Of a DNA stretch of 57,489 nt, positions 47,369-57,489 are shown one piece after another (position 1 is the stretch's first letter; each line of letters begins with the position of its first letter). The notes below the pieces were generated by a model. That model was not told the origin of the DNA. It did not search any database and saw only the letters and a list, made by a program, of their open reading frames with translations. The position numbers and the translations under genes are program-made. This DNA is from a virus. Taxonomy: Duplodnaviria; Caudoviricetes. The DNA lies in IMG/VR virus record IMGVR_UViG_3300031839_001226, positions 1 to 57,489 of that record. One strand, 5' to 3'.

Positions 47369-49495
47369 TTACGTGGTAATGAGACCGTGGCCGGCGGTGG
47401 AATGCAAATCGTCCTTCAGTGCCTTGACTGTCTGTGTGCAGTCACGCACTGCGTCCATAAGGGCCTGAATGGTCGCTTGCGTATAGCTTGCCTCAGCGGT
47501 GCCAGAATATGTAGCATTAGCGGTGCGCTTGGCGGTGCCTGTGTCCACTGCCCATCCGGTCTTCCGATCCGAAACCACCTGAAGTGCATTGACGTAATAC
47601 CCGCCTCCGGTCAGCACGTTGACGCGCCCCGCCCCCATATCAGTCGTGGTGCCAACCATAAGGCCAGCGCCAATGGCTGCGCGTCGCGTGCCATTGCTCG
47701 AAAAGGCCCATATACCGGACGAAACCCAGTACCATCCGGTGTCATTGTCGGCGTGGTAAGACCATGCCGGCTTGCCGACTAACCCCGCTCCGGAACGGAC
47801 CAGGCCTGTTCCATCCGCATGCTTCGCCGCCGTAATGTGGAAGTCCATGTAAGAGTCCCCCCACTGTGTAAAATGCGAGAGAAGGAACTTGATCCCCGGC
47901 GATCCCGTGAGATTGGCCTGACTTGCCCCCAGAAAGGCGCAGCCAACATCCCCCACCCATGCAGTGGTAGCGAAAGCCACATGCTGGCGAGGGAACATCG
48001 ACTGAGGTATGTCAACCATATCCCAGCCGACATAGTCATGCGCGTGCTTAAAAATGGGCGGGTTCTGAGAAGCAGTCGCTGTTACGTCACCGGCGACAGT
48101 CACTGACAAAGTCGAACTGTTGAGATCGTTTGTACCTGTGACGGTCACAACCGCGCCAGAAGCGGCAGCCGTAAATCCGTGTGATCCTGTTCCCCCATTG
48201 ATCGCCGATGCCACCGCAGTCGCCGTCGCAGAGTGGGAAGTCGTCCAGTCCACCGCCGAGGAGAGGAGGTTAGTGGCGCCCACCGTGACTTGTGATATCT
48301 TGTTGACGCCTGCGCTTGCCGTCCCACCTGTGATGGTGAACGTCTTGGCGTTTGCATCGTACATCAGGTTCTGGACTTCGAGGGTCAGGTTGTTGCCGGC
48401 CCCTGTCACACCAGCATCAGCATTCGACACAAACACCTTTCTTGTGCTGTATGAAGTGCCGCCGCCAGTACCCCACCGTCCTTGGGACGTGATGTGGAAC
48501 ATGGTGGTAATCGGCCCGTCGATAGTCGATGTCAGCCAGTTCTTCTTGTACGCTTGCAGCCACAATCCGCCGTCAAGATGGCTTGCGTTGCTTGGCCCGG
48601 TCGATCCCTCTGCCTCGTGCGAGATAGACTGTGCCCAACGCGACGTGTTGAGGTGGGCGCCGGTTGTGGAGTAGTGGACAGCATTGCCACCAAATGCTCC
48701 ACCTGCCCCGCCGCCGAAAGCATTGGGGATAGTGGCTGAAGGTACAGCGGACGAGGAGACCGTGAATGCTTCGGCCGCATTCAATGTCTTCACATTCCCG
48801 GATGCAGTGCCGATCGTGAGCAGGTCAGCCGTGCCCGATCCCGTGAAGTACGGTATCTTGTTTGCAGCACTCGTCAGCCCGGAGATGGCGTCAAGATTGG
48901 CAGTCGCAGCGGCGGAAAGAACAATCGGGATACCGGCGCTATTATTGCGGAAGTACCTGTTTGCCGTCGCCGGGAAAACCGCAGTGTCGAGATCGGTCGC
49001 CGTCTTGTTTTCCAGCGCATTCGCATCAGAGTTCCAACCGAGCAGTTTCGATGCCCCAGGTTCTGGAAACGTCAGGCCGGAATAGGTACTGGTTTCTTTC
49101 AGTGCCGGGCTGCGATCAAGCCGCTCCTCCAGCATCTGGATTTTCATCGCCAGCCGGTCGAGCGCCTTTTCGTGGCTCTTGGCCGGGAACGGATCGTTGA
49201 CCGTATAAGACTGTGGCTGCGTCAAAGGTTCATTGCGCAGGATGGTGATCTTCGTTCCGCTGGCCGGGGTGTAGTTTGTCGGCGTCGTCTTGACGTTGAC
49301 TGTTCCGGTAGCGGCGGCAGCGTTGTCAGTGAGCGTGTAGTGGGTATCGATTACCCACGTCGCATCAACCCCGTCCGCGTCGGTGTAGACCACTTTGACG
49401 CCAGCCGCCGTCAGGAATTCGAACGGCACGGCAAAGGCCGTCGTGGCCCCGTTGCCGGAATATTGCGCGCGGGTTGTCGTGCTGGAAATCGTCAT
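47369..49495 (-). CDS. Tail fibre protein
   Basis: T7 gp17-like N-terminal anchor 'YSGNGATTAF.VPF.F...HEKALDRL...IQ'; Gly/Thr/Ala-rich shaft. Confidence 0.85.
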   Translation of the reverse strand: MTISSTTTRAQYSGNGATTAFAVPFEFLTAAGVKVVYTDADGVDATWVIDTHYTLTDNAAAATGTVNVKTTPTNYTPASGTKITILRNEPLTQPQSYTVNDPFPAKSHEKALDRLAMKIQMLEERLDRSPALKETSTYSGLTFPEPGASKLLGWNSDANALENKTATDLDTAVFPATANRYFRNNSAGIPIVLSAAATANLDAISGLTSAANKIPYFTGSGTADLLTIGTASGNVKTLNAAEAFTVSSSAVPSATIPNAFGGGAGGAFGGNAVHYSTTGAHLNTSRWAQSISHEAEGSTGPSNASHLDGGLWLQAYKKNWLTSTIDGPITTMFHITSQGRWGTGGGTSYSTRKVFVSNADAGVTGAGNNLTLEVQNLMYDANAKTFTITGGTASAGVNKISQVTVGATNLLSSAVDWTTSHSATATAVASAINGGTGSHGFTAAASGAVVTVTGTNDLNSSTLSVTVAGDVTATASQNPPIFKHAHDYVGWDMVDIPQSMFPRQHVAFATTAWVGDVGCAFLGASQANLTGSPGIKFLLSHFTQWGDSYMDFHITAAKHADGTGLVRSGAGLVGKPAWSYHADNDTGWYWVSSGIWAFSSNGTRRAAIGAGLMVGTTTDMGAGRVNVLTGGGYYVNALQVVSDRKTGWAVDTGTAKRTANATYSGTAEASYTQATIQALMDAVRDCTQTVKALKDDLHSTAGHGLITT

Positions 49496-49567
49496 GCGAT
49501 TGCCCTACATAGGCCCCTGTGACGGGGCAGTTGCATTTCGGTTTGAACGGGAGTTCACTTGCCGGCC

Positions 49568-49768
49568 ATGACCAACGCCACGCCGTACATCGCCGCCGCC
49601 ATCGTCGGGGCAGTTGCCTCAGTCATCATCGGATACTTCGCCCACGCTTCCGCGTATGACGGGATATCCTTTTCCTTCTGGATCGAACGCCCGGTACGTT
49701 ACGGGGCTATCTGGTGGGCGATTGCCGGGGCCGCTATCGGGCCTGCCGCACGGTACGCTTTCCGTTGA
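49568..49768 (+). CDS. Small membrane protein (moron)
   Basis: Antisense between tail genes, two hydrophobic segments. Confidence 0.5.
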   Translation: MTNATPYIAAAIVGAVASVIIGYFAHASAYDGISFSFWIERPVRYGAIWWAIAGAAIGPAARYAFR

Positions 49769-49885
49769 CGCGCTTCTTCCTGGTGACGTGCGCGTGGGCA
49801 CTTGTCGGAGCATCCGGTTTAGGAACGAATGTCGATCCGCTCACATGGGGACTGCTTTGGATCGCCGGCTACTGGTTTCTCGTCT

Positions 49886-52516
49886 TCAGTTTAAGGCACG
49901 GGGAATGAAACTCTCCTGACCGTACTGTGTCTTCCGGCGACGTTCCGTCTTGCGCAGATAGCCGGGGCTTGCCGCTTCACGCATGGAATTCAGGAACAGG
50001 TAATCCAGAGCCGGGCGCGTGTAGAACAGGTTGATGAACGGCGTGTTCTGAAGTGCGTAGTTCAACCAGTCGGCAGCTCTGACTTCTTCCTCCGGGCTGA
50101 TTGCCGCATCCCGCGCCTTTGCCACGAGATCGATGAAGTCGAACACGGACCCGATGCCAGGCCCCATTGCCGTTTCGGCGATCCCACCGCCGAACCGATT
50201 GACGCGGGAGAACAGGAAGTCGCCATAGATGCCCATGGCCCCGCCTTGAGTGAACGCCGCGATCCACGTCTCCGGATTGGTCGGATCGCGTGGAGGCCAA
50301 TAGCCCCGTGTCAAGTCTTTCATCGTCATGGACACATAGCCAGCCATCGTCATTCCGGCCAGCAAAGCACCAATATGCGAGCCATAGACTGCCGCGCGCT
50401 CCGCGCTACCCATGCCCGCTCGTTGACCAAACAACGCCCGCCCGCCAATCCTTTGCGCGAAGGCGGTTGGGAACCCCTTGAACTGTGCGATGAACCGCAT
50501 GGCCTCGCCAGCAAATGTGCCCGGTCTTTGGCCTAGCGTCATCGTGCGGCGGGAGCGATTGTCCACCTCCACTATGCCGTAACTCGTCTCGTCGGCGAAG
50601 AAGCGGAGCAACGACAGTTCCATGTCGCGCCGGCCGTCTTCGATGATGGATGCACGGCGTTCCTCAAACTGTGCTTCCCGCTTGGCCTTGGTTTCCGGTG
50701 ACTTCGCCTTATCGACTTTCAGCGCCTTTCGGGCCGCGTCGAGACGATCCTTGACCAAAGGCTCAATATCGGCGTCCGACAAATCACGAATGCGATCCGG
50801 GGTGACGTATGCCTTGCCATCGATCTCCCGAGGGCCGGCCTTGCGGATCACATTCCACTTCGCTTCCGTGATGCCGTGAAGACCAAGGACATGCCGATAG
50901 TTGGCCGGGAGCGCGGAATAGGATGCCTTGGACCTCATGCCCATCTCTGCGGCGATCATACGGCCCGCTGACGCGCGTTGAATGTCTGTCCACCACGACA
51001 GGCCATTGAAGCGAAAGAACGTCTCCTGGAGCTTGCTGAGCCTGCCAACGGGGCCGTCCACGGCAGCGGCAGGGGAGACGATATGGCCAATAATCCCATC
51101 GAACCCCTCACCGAGCAGGAACGAGATTTCCGCCCGCTCGCCTTTCGGCCTCCCGCCCATGATGCCGGCGATCTGGTTTGTGAAGCCTTTGAAGAATCCC
51201 GACCCGCGAAACTGCGATGCAAGCCCCGCCGTCACGTTGTCCGACACCGACGACAACAGAGCCCCGCCGAGCTTCGCCATGGACTGGACGGCGCGGATGT
51301 CAGACCCGATGCGAGCCGCCGTGACGTTGACCGGGCGCGAGTTCAGACCCGTCGCAATCCCGAGCGCATGTTGCAGTCCTTCCGCGTCAAGCGCGTTCGT
51401 CTGTTTGTTCTTCTGTTTCGGTGTGAGTTTCGGGTCTTCCTTGATCCTGCGCTTCTGACCATCGATGATGGACTTGAGCATCACTTCAGGGTTAGGACCA
51501 AGCACTTCCATGTTGGCCGCCACCCGAGCCGAATTGCGCAGATGCGAGATCATGCCCGAGACGGTGTTGCCCGTCCCGAATTCATTGCGATAGGCAAGTG
51601 CAGATTCCGCATCCTTGAAATGCAGAACACGGGACTTGCCCAGCCGCTTCGCCATGTTCGCCGGGTTGACGCGCTGGCCCTTCTCCGCAGGCGTGGCCTT
51701 GTTTGGAAAGCCGGTGATGATGGTGTCGTAGATATCCCCGAGGATTTCCACGATTTCATCGCCACTGGCAGCATCCGGGAACGTCCGTGCCGTGTCGATC
51801 TTGGGAAGGATCGATGCCGTCCATGCTTCCTTGCCCGCAGCGATCAGCTTCACATCGTCATGCGATTGATGCCCTGCCCAGCCGTCGAGTTTGCCGATCG
51901 ATGCGCCGAGCTTGTTCAGGTCCGTCCTTGCCAGTTCGGCATAGGTGGAGAAGACCTTGGCGATGTACTGCGCATCCTTGTTTCCCGTGGAACCTGGATT
52001 GCCGCCCTCCCGCAGTTCCGTCATCTCGCGCATCACGTCGGCGTCGAACTTCTGATCTCGCATCGCCATGACGAGGTGAGGCTTGTTCTTCTGGACTTCT
52101 GCGAACAGACCGCCGATGTACCGTGCTTCATAGGCAAGGTTCGTCGCGGCAACCGAATTGCGCCCGCCCTCGATGCCTTTCTGCGTGCCCTCTAGGACGG
52201 CGAGAACCGCCTTCTTCGGAGATAGGCCAGCCTTCACATAGCCGTTGACCGCCGCGTCCAGTCGATCCCGCACGAGGATGTTCAAGGCCGCATGGCGCTT
52301 TGACATGGCAGCGGCGATCTTGGTCCGCTCGGCTTCCCTCTCCGCAAACGAACGGAGTTTGTCGGCCATGCCGTCGATATTGCCTTCCGCCTGTAGCTTC
52401 TGCTTATAGTCGGACACGCGCTGGAATGCGGCGTCGATCTCCTCGCGGGTGAGCTTTTGGCCGGACGCGACATTTGCGGCATCGTAGCAATCAGGGCTGG
52501 GTTTGTACTTTGCCAT
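49886..52516 (-). CDS. Internal virion (DNA ejection) protein
   Basis: 876 aa; 'RVLHFKD', 'GE..RF..QFKGFP', 'GG.GIYGD'; position before the tail fibre. Confidence 0.75.
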   Translation of the reverse strand: MAKYKPSPDCYDAANVASGQKLTREEIDAAFQRVSDYKQKLQAEGNIDGMADKLRSFAEREAERTKIAAAMSKRHAALNILVRDRLDAAVNGYVKAGLSPKKAVLAVLEGTQKGIEGGRNSVAATNLAYEARYIGGLFAEVQKNKPHLVMAMRDQKFDADVMREMTELREGGNPGSTGNKDAQYIAKVFSTYAELARTDLNKLGASIGKLDGWAGHQSHDDVKLIAAGKEAWTASILPKIDTARTFPDAASGDEIVEILGDIYDTIITGFPNKATPAEKGQRVNPANMAKRLGKSRVLHFKDAESALAYRNEFGTGNTVSGMISHLRNSARVAANMEVLGPNPEVMLKSIIDGQKRRIKEDPKLTPKQKNKQTNALDAEGLQHALGIATGLNSRPVNVTAARIGSDIRAVQSMAKLGGALLSSVSDNVTAGLASQFRGSGFFKGFTNQIAGIMGGRPKGERAEISFLLGEGFDGIIGHIVSPAAAVDGPVGRLSKLQETFFRFNGLSWWTDIQRASAGRMIAAEMGMRSKASYSALPANYRHVLGLHGITEAKWNVIRKAGPREIDGKAYVTPDRIRDLSDADIEPLVKDRLDAARKALKVDKAKSPETKAKREAQFEERRASIIEDGRRDMELSLLRFFADETSYGIVEVDNRSRRTMTLGQRPGTFAGEAMRFIAQFKGFPTAFAQRIGGRALFGQRAGMGSAERAAVYGSHIGALLAGMTMAGYVSMTMKDLTRGYWPPRDPTNPETWIAAFTQGGAMGIYGDFLFSRVNRFGGGIAETAMGPGIGSVFDFIDLVAKARDAAISPEEEVRAADWLNYALQNTPFINLFYTRPALDYLFLNSMREAASPGYLRKTERRRKTQYGQESFIPRALN

Positions 52517-54474
52517 CAGATGATACAGTTTACCGCAGCGCGCAAAGCCTCGCCATACGCAGCGCCGTTCTCAAGGTTGGATTGAGCCTGGTCGAGTGCG
52601 TCGATATCGTCCTGCGTCAGCCGACCTTCGGCTTTCAACTGGTCGATCTCCGCGCTTTCAAGGAAGTCGCCCGTTTCAGGATCGACACGGTACTGACTGG
52701 ATAGGGCTTTGTAGTCTTCCGTCTTGGCGATGGAACGCTCGGCTTCAGCGCGCCCTTCGGGAATAGGTTCGGGGCGCCCTACGCTTGTGTCGATTGCCGC
52801 TCTTTGATCTTCGCCAGCACGAGCATATTGCCTGCGATCCGCCGCATTTGCTCCGCGTCTTCCTTGTCCGCGCCTTCGGCCTTGCGGTTCAAAAAGTCGG
52901 CCTCCTGTCGCAGGCGTTCCGGCGTCTTCGAAGAAAGGGATGTCTGCGGCGTCATTGGCGAACCCTCCGTCGCGCTCGGACATAGCGTCGTAGAATTGAC
53001 GATAGTCCTCTTCGATCGCGCGTTCAAGCGCCGTCACCCGATCATCGCCATCCGCCATGTACCCGGCCGCACGGCGGATCGTGTCGTCATCAACCCTGTG
53101 GTCGATCTTCAATTCGTCAAGCGCGGTATCAACCTCATCGAGAACACGCTTGTACTCTTCGCTGTTTCTCAGCTGCGCATCGAATTCCGCCTGGTCGAAC
53201 ATGCGACCGCCATCAAGGCGCGGGGAATAGGTTGCCCGTCCCGCCGCTTCGTCGCTGAGAAGCCTCAGAAGATCATCCGGCGTTGACTTCGCCACCGCTT
53301 CATCAGGGCCGTAGATATGGTCGAAATAACCGGCTTCAGCAGCAGCCTCCCGCGCGTACTCGATGCTCAAGCCATTGCGACGAACAAGAGCACCACTGCC
53401 AGGAATGAACTTGCGCGAAAGCCCCATGGACCGCAGCGCGCCCGCTTCATCGACAATGCCGCCCTCACCGGCAAGAAACTGCATGAGATTGACCGGACGA
53501 AGCGGGGCAGCGTCAACAGGAGCATCCGTGCGCGCCAACCGCGCGAGTTGTTCCGCCCGCGTTTCGTTTATGACCCGCTCGACGCCCGCCATCCCATTTG
53601 GCGACAGGCTGACATCCTCACCCCTCACAACCCCGTCAATGGCCTCGTTCAAGGCTATGCGGGCTTCCTGAGTGGTGCGCAGCGTCGAGAGACGTTCGGA
53701 TGCCTGCGCTTCGATCCTCGCGTCCCTGCGTGCTCCTATGGCCCCGGAAATCGTACCGAACGCGGAGCCGATCAATGCAGCCGTGGCGATCTCGGATATC
53801 GTAGCCTGCCATGATACGTCATCCCCGTATCGACCGCGCTGTTCCCGTGTCGCCAATCCTGCAATGGCGGTGTTCGCCGCAGCATCGCCAGCACCAGTCA
53901 GCGTCCTGCCGAGTACCCGCCCTGCTCTTGCGACCGCAGCGGCCTCGACAACCGGGCCAGCAACCGGAATGTAGTTGATCGGATCGACCGCCTGCCCCGC
54001 CAGATTGCCAACGAAAGACGTGAACGGGCGCTTTTGCGCGTAGTACTCACGAACCTTCTTAGCATCGTGATATGCGGCAAGGGCAGCGGCGCGATCTTCC
54101 GTCATCGCAGCATCCCACGGGACATCCTTGCGATAGTAGGCCGATGCCTTCCATGCGTTCTCATCGAGCGACTTGGAAGGTTCATCCGTCAGGCGGCGAA
54201 TGGTCGAACCGATTGCCCCGGCAATTCCTCCGGGAAGGACCGTTTCGAACGTGCGCTTTACCTGCTCCCCGGTATCGAGTTGCGACGTATCGCCGGCCGG
54301 AATGTCCGCCCCACGAATAGCCGTGCCGAGACCAAAGCTTTCCAGTGTCCCGCCCTTGGCCTGATCCCAGAACGTCGCGCCCATGTTCATCGGCTGGTTG
54401 AGAGCCGAGTCGAACATCTCCGCACGAGATGCACCGCGAAACGACGGGCCGGGGCGAAAGCCGTAAATGCTCAC
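52516..54474 (-). CDS. Internal virion protein
   Basis: 652 aa, 'DPINYIP', Gly/Ala-rich; coupled. Confidence 0.7.
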   Translation of the reverse strand: MSIYGFRPGPSFRGASRAEMFDSALNQPMNMGATFWDQAKGGTLESFGLGTAIRGADIPAGDTSQLDTGEQVKRTFETVLPGGIAGAIGSTIRRLTDEPSKSLDENAWKASAYYRKDVPWDAAMTEDRAAALAAYHDAKKVREYYAQKRPFTSFVGNLAGQAVDPINYIPVAGPVVEAAAVARAGRVLGRTLTGAGDAAANTAIAGLATREQRGRYGDDVSWQATISEIATAALIGSAFGTISGAIGARRDARIEAQASERLSTLRTTQEARIALNEAIDGVVRGEDVSLSPNGMAGVERVINETRAEQLARLARTDAPVDAAPLRPVNLMQFLAGEGGIVDEAGALRSMGLSRKFIPGSGALVRRNGLSIEYAREAAAEAGYFDHIYGPDEAVAKSTPDDLLRLLSDEAAGRATYSPRLDGGRMFDQAEFDAQLRNSEEYKRVLDEVDTALDELKIDHRVDDDTIRRAAGYMADGDDRVTALERAIEEDYRQFYDAMSERDGGFANDAADIPFFEDAGTPATGGRLFEPQGRRRGQGRRGANAADRRQYARAGEDQRAAIDTSVGRPEPIPEGRAEAERSIAKTEDYKALSSQYRVDPETGDFLESAEIDQLKAEGRLTQDDIDALDQAQSNLENGAAYGEALRAAVNCII

Positions 54475-57400
54475 TGTCCCTGCATCCTTCGCTGGAACGC
54501 ATCGAACGCATCATCGGTCAATGGCGCTTCCGGTGCGCGCGCATCCCTGTCGCGACGGTTCGGATCAGGCTGGACAGTCAAGACATCATCCATGGTGAAG
54601 ATGATCGGGTTTCCGTTCTCATCGGCAACCGCCGCCCCGGTGTAGGGATCGAAGAACACGAACCCGTCTCCCGAATTGCGGAAGTAGCCTTCCGACAGGA
54701 CGTTGCGGGTGTAGTTGGCAGTCACCGAATCCATGATTGCGCGCGTGCCATCGGCAGCCGGCGCATCCTCCGGAACGACCATGATCCTCTCAAGTGCCGA
54801 CTGGACCTGTGGCATCAATCGATCCAGCCCGGTCAGAACCTCATCTTCATCCTGGTCCATCGGAATGAGAATGCGGGCCTGATCCTCATTGACTGGCTTG
54901 ACATCGCCATAGAGGTCTTTTGCCACCCCCGAAATCGCCGCTTCTTCGGTCTCTCCGCTCATCATGCGAAGAATGACCGAGTTCATCATGAGCTTGCTAT
55001 CGCGCTCGGCCCGGACGTAGTTCTCTGCCGTGCCGTCCGTGATGCCGTAGTAGATATCCCCGATCTGCCCTTCATCCATCAATGATGCCTGAATAGAGGC
55101 GCTGAGCATCGGCTTCGTCACGTCCCCCGGCAGTTTGCCCGGAAGCTTGTCGGGATCGATCATCGCAGCCTGGAACAGGCGTTGCGCCGCCCCATTGTCG
55201 CCACGGGTCAAGGCGGAAATCGCACCTTCCGTCATGTCCGGAAGGCCGGCATCCACCAACTGTTCAAAGATCGCCCTTTGCTGATCCGGATCGCCCGTCG
55301 CCATGACGAGCCCGGCAACCGTGGCAAGGCGCTCCTTCTCGGGAAGGTCAACGTCCTTGAACTGGCCTACCGCATTCTCGGCAACGTCCTTGGGCAGCAA
55401 CTGCATATTGCGGATGCCGAGCTGCTGTTGTGCTGTGGCGGTTGCCGCAAACGCTTCTTGGAACCCGCCGTTCTCCATACTCGCATCCTGCCATGCCTGC
55501 TCGACGTGGGGATAGGTATTGCGAACATAGGCGGCTGGATCGGCCTCTCTGGTCTTGATCGTTTCCTGCGCGGCCTTGGATAGCGCATCGTACCTTGCCG
55601 TCTCGACTGCTGCATTGTTGCCCGATGAACGCGGCATGGCGTCTTCCACCAACGCCGTGATTTCGTCAGTCGGCATCGTCCGCATATCGAAAGCGGAACG
55701 GCTTACGTCTATCTCAGCCTGAAACGCCTTGTACCGTTCGGCTCCTTCGTTTGCCCCATAGGCTGCGACGAACTGCTGTCCGGTCGGAAGCATTCCGTCA
55801 TATGAGCCGGTATTGCGGATGGCTACAGGCGCATTCGTCATTGCAATATCGATTGCCGCCCGATCCTGTGCACTGCGCTCGTTCAGTGACGATTGCGCGG
55901 TGTTCATGAGGGAGCGGATTTGATCGATGCTCAGACCCGCATATGCCGGATTACCGGCAAACTTCATGGCCTTGGCAGGACCGCGCTTGGCGGGATTGCC
56001 CCAACCTTCCGCCGCCGCCGCTGCAAAATCGGGATCGACGGTACGGCTCGACTTGTCCGGTCCCCATATCGCCTGTGCGCCGCCGCCGATATGAACGCCC
56101 CACTCGTAATGCCCCATGCCAGTGAAACCCATGGCGGCGGCGTTGCGGAAGAACTGGCGATATAGTTCCTTGTTCTCGCTGGGCTTGACTTCCTTCCCGT
56201 CCACGACAAGCACGATGTCAGCCGCATTCCCGTGGTCGTGACGCGCCGATCCTGTGCGCTTTCCGCCCGAGCCCTTGGCATCCTGCCCGCCTGAGACAAC
56301 CTTGATCGCAATCCGCGAATCCGTAGCCGATGCAGCACGGGCGAGACCGTCATACACCCACTGCTGGACCGGCTTGTCCCTGATCTTGCCGGGTGTCGCA
56401 TCGATGAACTGGACCTGTGGAACCGTATCGCCCGACTTGTCGAGGACCTTCTTCTTGTATTCTCGGGTTTCCTTTGGAAGAACGCTATCGTCACGCCCGG
56501 ACGCAATCCATTCGTCCGCTCGGGAAGGCCCACCATTGTACGCAACGAGTGCGGCTTCCGCGTCCCCGTCATACCGGACAAGCATCTTGTCCATGTAGTG
56601 CCGTCCATAACGACGCCCGGTCGCTTCGTCCTTCAGGTACGCCTTGACTTCTTCGTCACTACCGCCAGCCGGGAAGTTCGGATCATTGAGTTCCGTCGCG
56701 ATCTCGCGCGCCGTTGCGGGCATCACCTGCATGATGCCGGACGCACCCTTGGGAGATTCCGCGTTCGGGTCGTTCGTGCTCTCCACCGTCTCCATCGCGG
56801 CATAGATGTTGCCGGTAGGAGCTGCGACTTCCGCCATGAACTGTTCGGGCGAGAATTCCGCCAGGTTCTTCGCGCGGGCCAGTTGCAGGTTCGTGGTGAT
56901 TGCCGCCTTGGCGTCCGCTTCCTGCTCAGGCGTCATCCACTGTTTGGCGCCTTCGAAATCGTCCATTGCACGGCGGACAACAGCATCATACTGTGTCGGA
57001 TCGGCGAAGATCGTCTGAGCATGCGCGTTCATTGCTTCCGCGAAATCAGTTGACCGCTTGGCAATCTCGCTCTTTGCCTGAAACCCGGCGGACCTTTGCG
57101 TCAGGGTAACGTCGTAATTCGTCGCCCATTCATCGTACATGGCCCGTGCGCGCTCGGAAGGGGCCGACGCAAGCCGCTGCTCCTTGGTCTGGTGGAACTG
57201 GCTGCGAATGCCTTCAACGTAGCCCTGTGCCCCGTCTGTGGCCGAACGCTGCGCTTCCTGCTCAGCCGTGATCATTCCAAGCGCGGTTTCCGCCCGCGCC
57301 TTGGTGAACCACGTATCGTCCTGCGTCTGGCGGATTTTCTGCTCACGCGCGTACAGATCATCCCCAAGCCCGGAGACGGCATTGCCGAGCCCCTGCAAGG

Positions 57401-57489
57401 CACGAGCAGGAGCAGCTATCGCATCGGAGGCATAGGAAGCCGTCGATCCGCCAGATAGCCCTACCTGTCTTGAGTACGTCGGAAACTTC
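54471..57489 (-). CDS. Internal virion protein with lytic transglycosylase and probable M15-type peptidase domains (start beyond window)
   Basis: Frame is open to the window edge; SLT 'VES....AESPKGASGIMQVMPATA...ALVAYNGGP'; 'SARHDHGNAAD...GVHIG'. Confidence 0.85.
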   Translation of the reverse strand, partial: KFPTYSRQVGLSGGSTASYASDAIAAPARALQGLGNAVSGLGDDLYAREQKIRQTQDDTWFTKARAETALGMITAEQEAQRSATDGAQGYVEGIRSQFHQTKEQRLASAPSERARAMYDEWATNYDVTLTQRSAGFQAKSEIAKRSTDFAEAMNAHAQTIFADPTQYDAVVRRAMDDFEGAKQWMTPEQEADAKAAITTNLQLARAKNLAEFSPEQFMAEVAAPTGNIYAAMETVESTNDPNAESPKGASGIMQVMPATAREIATELNDPNFPAGGSDEEVKAYLKDEATGRRYGRHYMDKMLVRYDGDAEAALVAYNGGPSRADEWIASGRDDSVLPKETREYKKKVLDKSGDTVPQVQFIDATPGKIRDKPVQQWVYDGLARAASATDSRIAIKVVSGGQDAKGSGGKRTGSARHDHGNAADIVLVVDGKEVKPSENKELYRQFFRNAAAMGFTGMGHYEWGVHIGGGAQAIWGPDKSSRTVDPDFAAAAAEGWGNPAKRGPAKAMKFAGNPAYAGLSIDQIRSLMNTAQSSLNERSAQDRAAIDIAMTNAPVAIRNTGSYDGMLPTGQQFVAAYGANEGAERYKAFQAEIDVSRSAFDMRTMPTDEITALVEDAMPRSSGNNAAVETARYDALSKAAQETIKTREADPAAYVRNTYPHVEQAWQDASMENGGFQEAFAATATAQQQLGIRNMQLLPKDVAENAVGQFKDVDLPEKERLATVAGLVMATGDPDQQRAIFEQLVDAGLPDMTEGAISALTRGDNGAAQRLFQAAMIDPDKLPGKLPGDVTKPMLSASIQASLMDEGQIGDIYYGITDGTAENYVRAERDSKLMMNSVILRMMSGETEEAAISGVAKDLYGDVKPVNEDQARILIPMDQDEDEVLTGLDRLMPQVQSALERIMVVPEDAPAADGTRAIMDSVTANYTRNVLSEGYFRNSGDGFVFFDPYTGAAVADENGNPIIFTMDDVLTVQPDPNRRDRDARAPEAPLTDDAFDAFQRRMQGQ

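Noticed and set aside
1-57489. Canonical CRISPR array or cas operon accompanying the Cas7-like gene
   Set aside because: No regularly spaced 25-40 bp repeats with spacers and no other cas genes were seen

Overview
Nearly complete (permuted, both ends inside virion genes) genome of a temperate podovirus-type phage, most likely of a rhizobial alphaproteobacterium. It has a BPP-1/T7-like virion module (terminase, portal, scaffold, capsid, internal virion proteins, tail fibre and tailspike), a lambdoid cI/cro switch with six operators, a Rad52/Sak-SSB-NinB recombination module, xis/int with an intact attP carrying the 5' half of tRNA-Pro(UGG), a GH19/holin/spanin lysis cassette and an OafA-like acyltransferase moron. 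The standout is a ~1.9 kb cassette (271-2139) inserted in the virion operon. It holds a stand-alone Cas7/RAMP-like gene, a winged-helix accessory gene and a divergent XRE regulator, interleaved with four non-coding arrays of strict 5-nt periodicity (NN-NRC on the transcribed strand) that share a 3' tail. No CRISPR array or cas1 is present. Reading only the variable dinucleotides of the array at 301-380 as NNx codons spells M-T-S/R-K/N-T-D/E-I-A-N/K-L-A-L/F-S-I/M, a non-self variant of the N-terminus of the adjacent tail gene (MVSRTDVANTALSI). This suggests a gapped-code RNA-guided system aimed at competing related phages (VIPR-like). Product calls come from motif recognition by eye, with no database searches.
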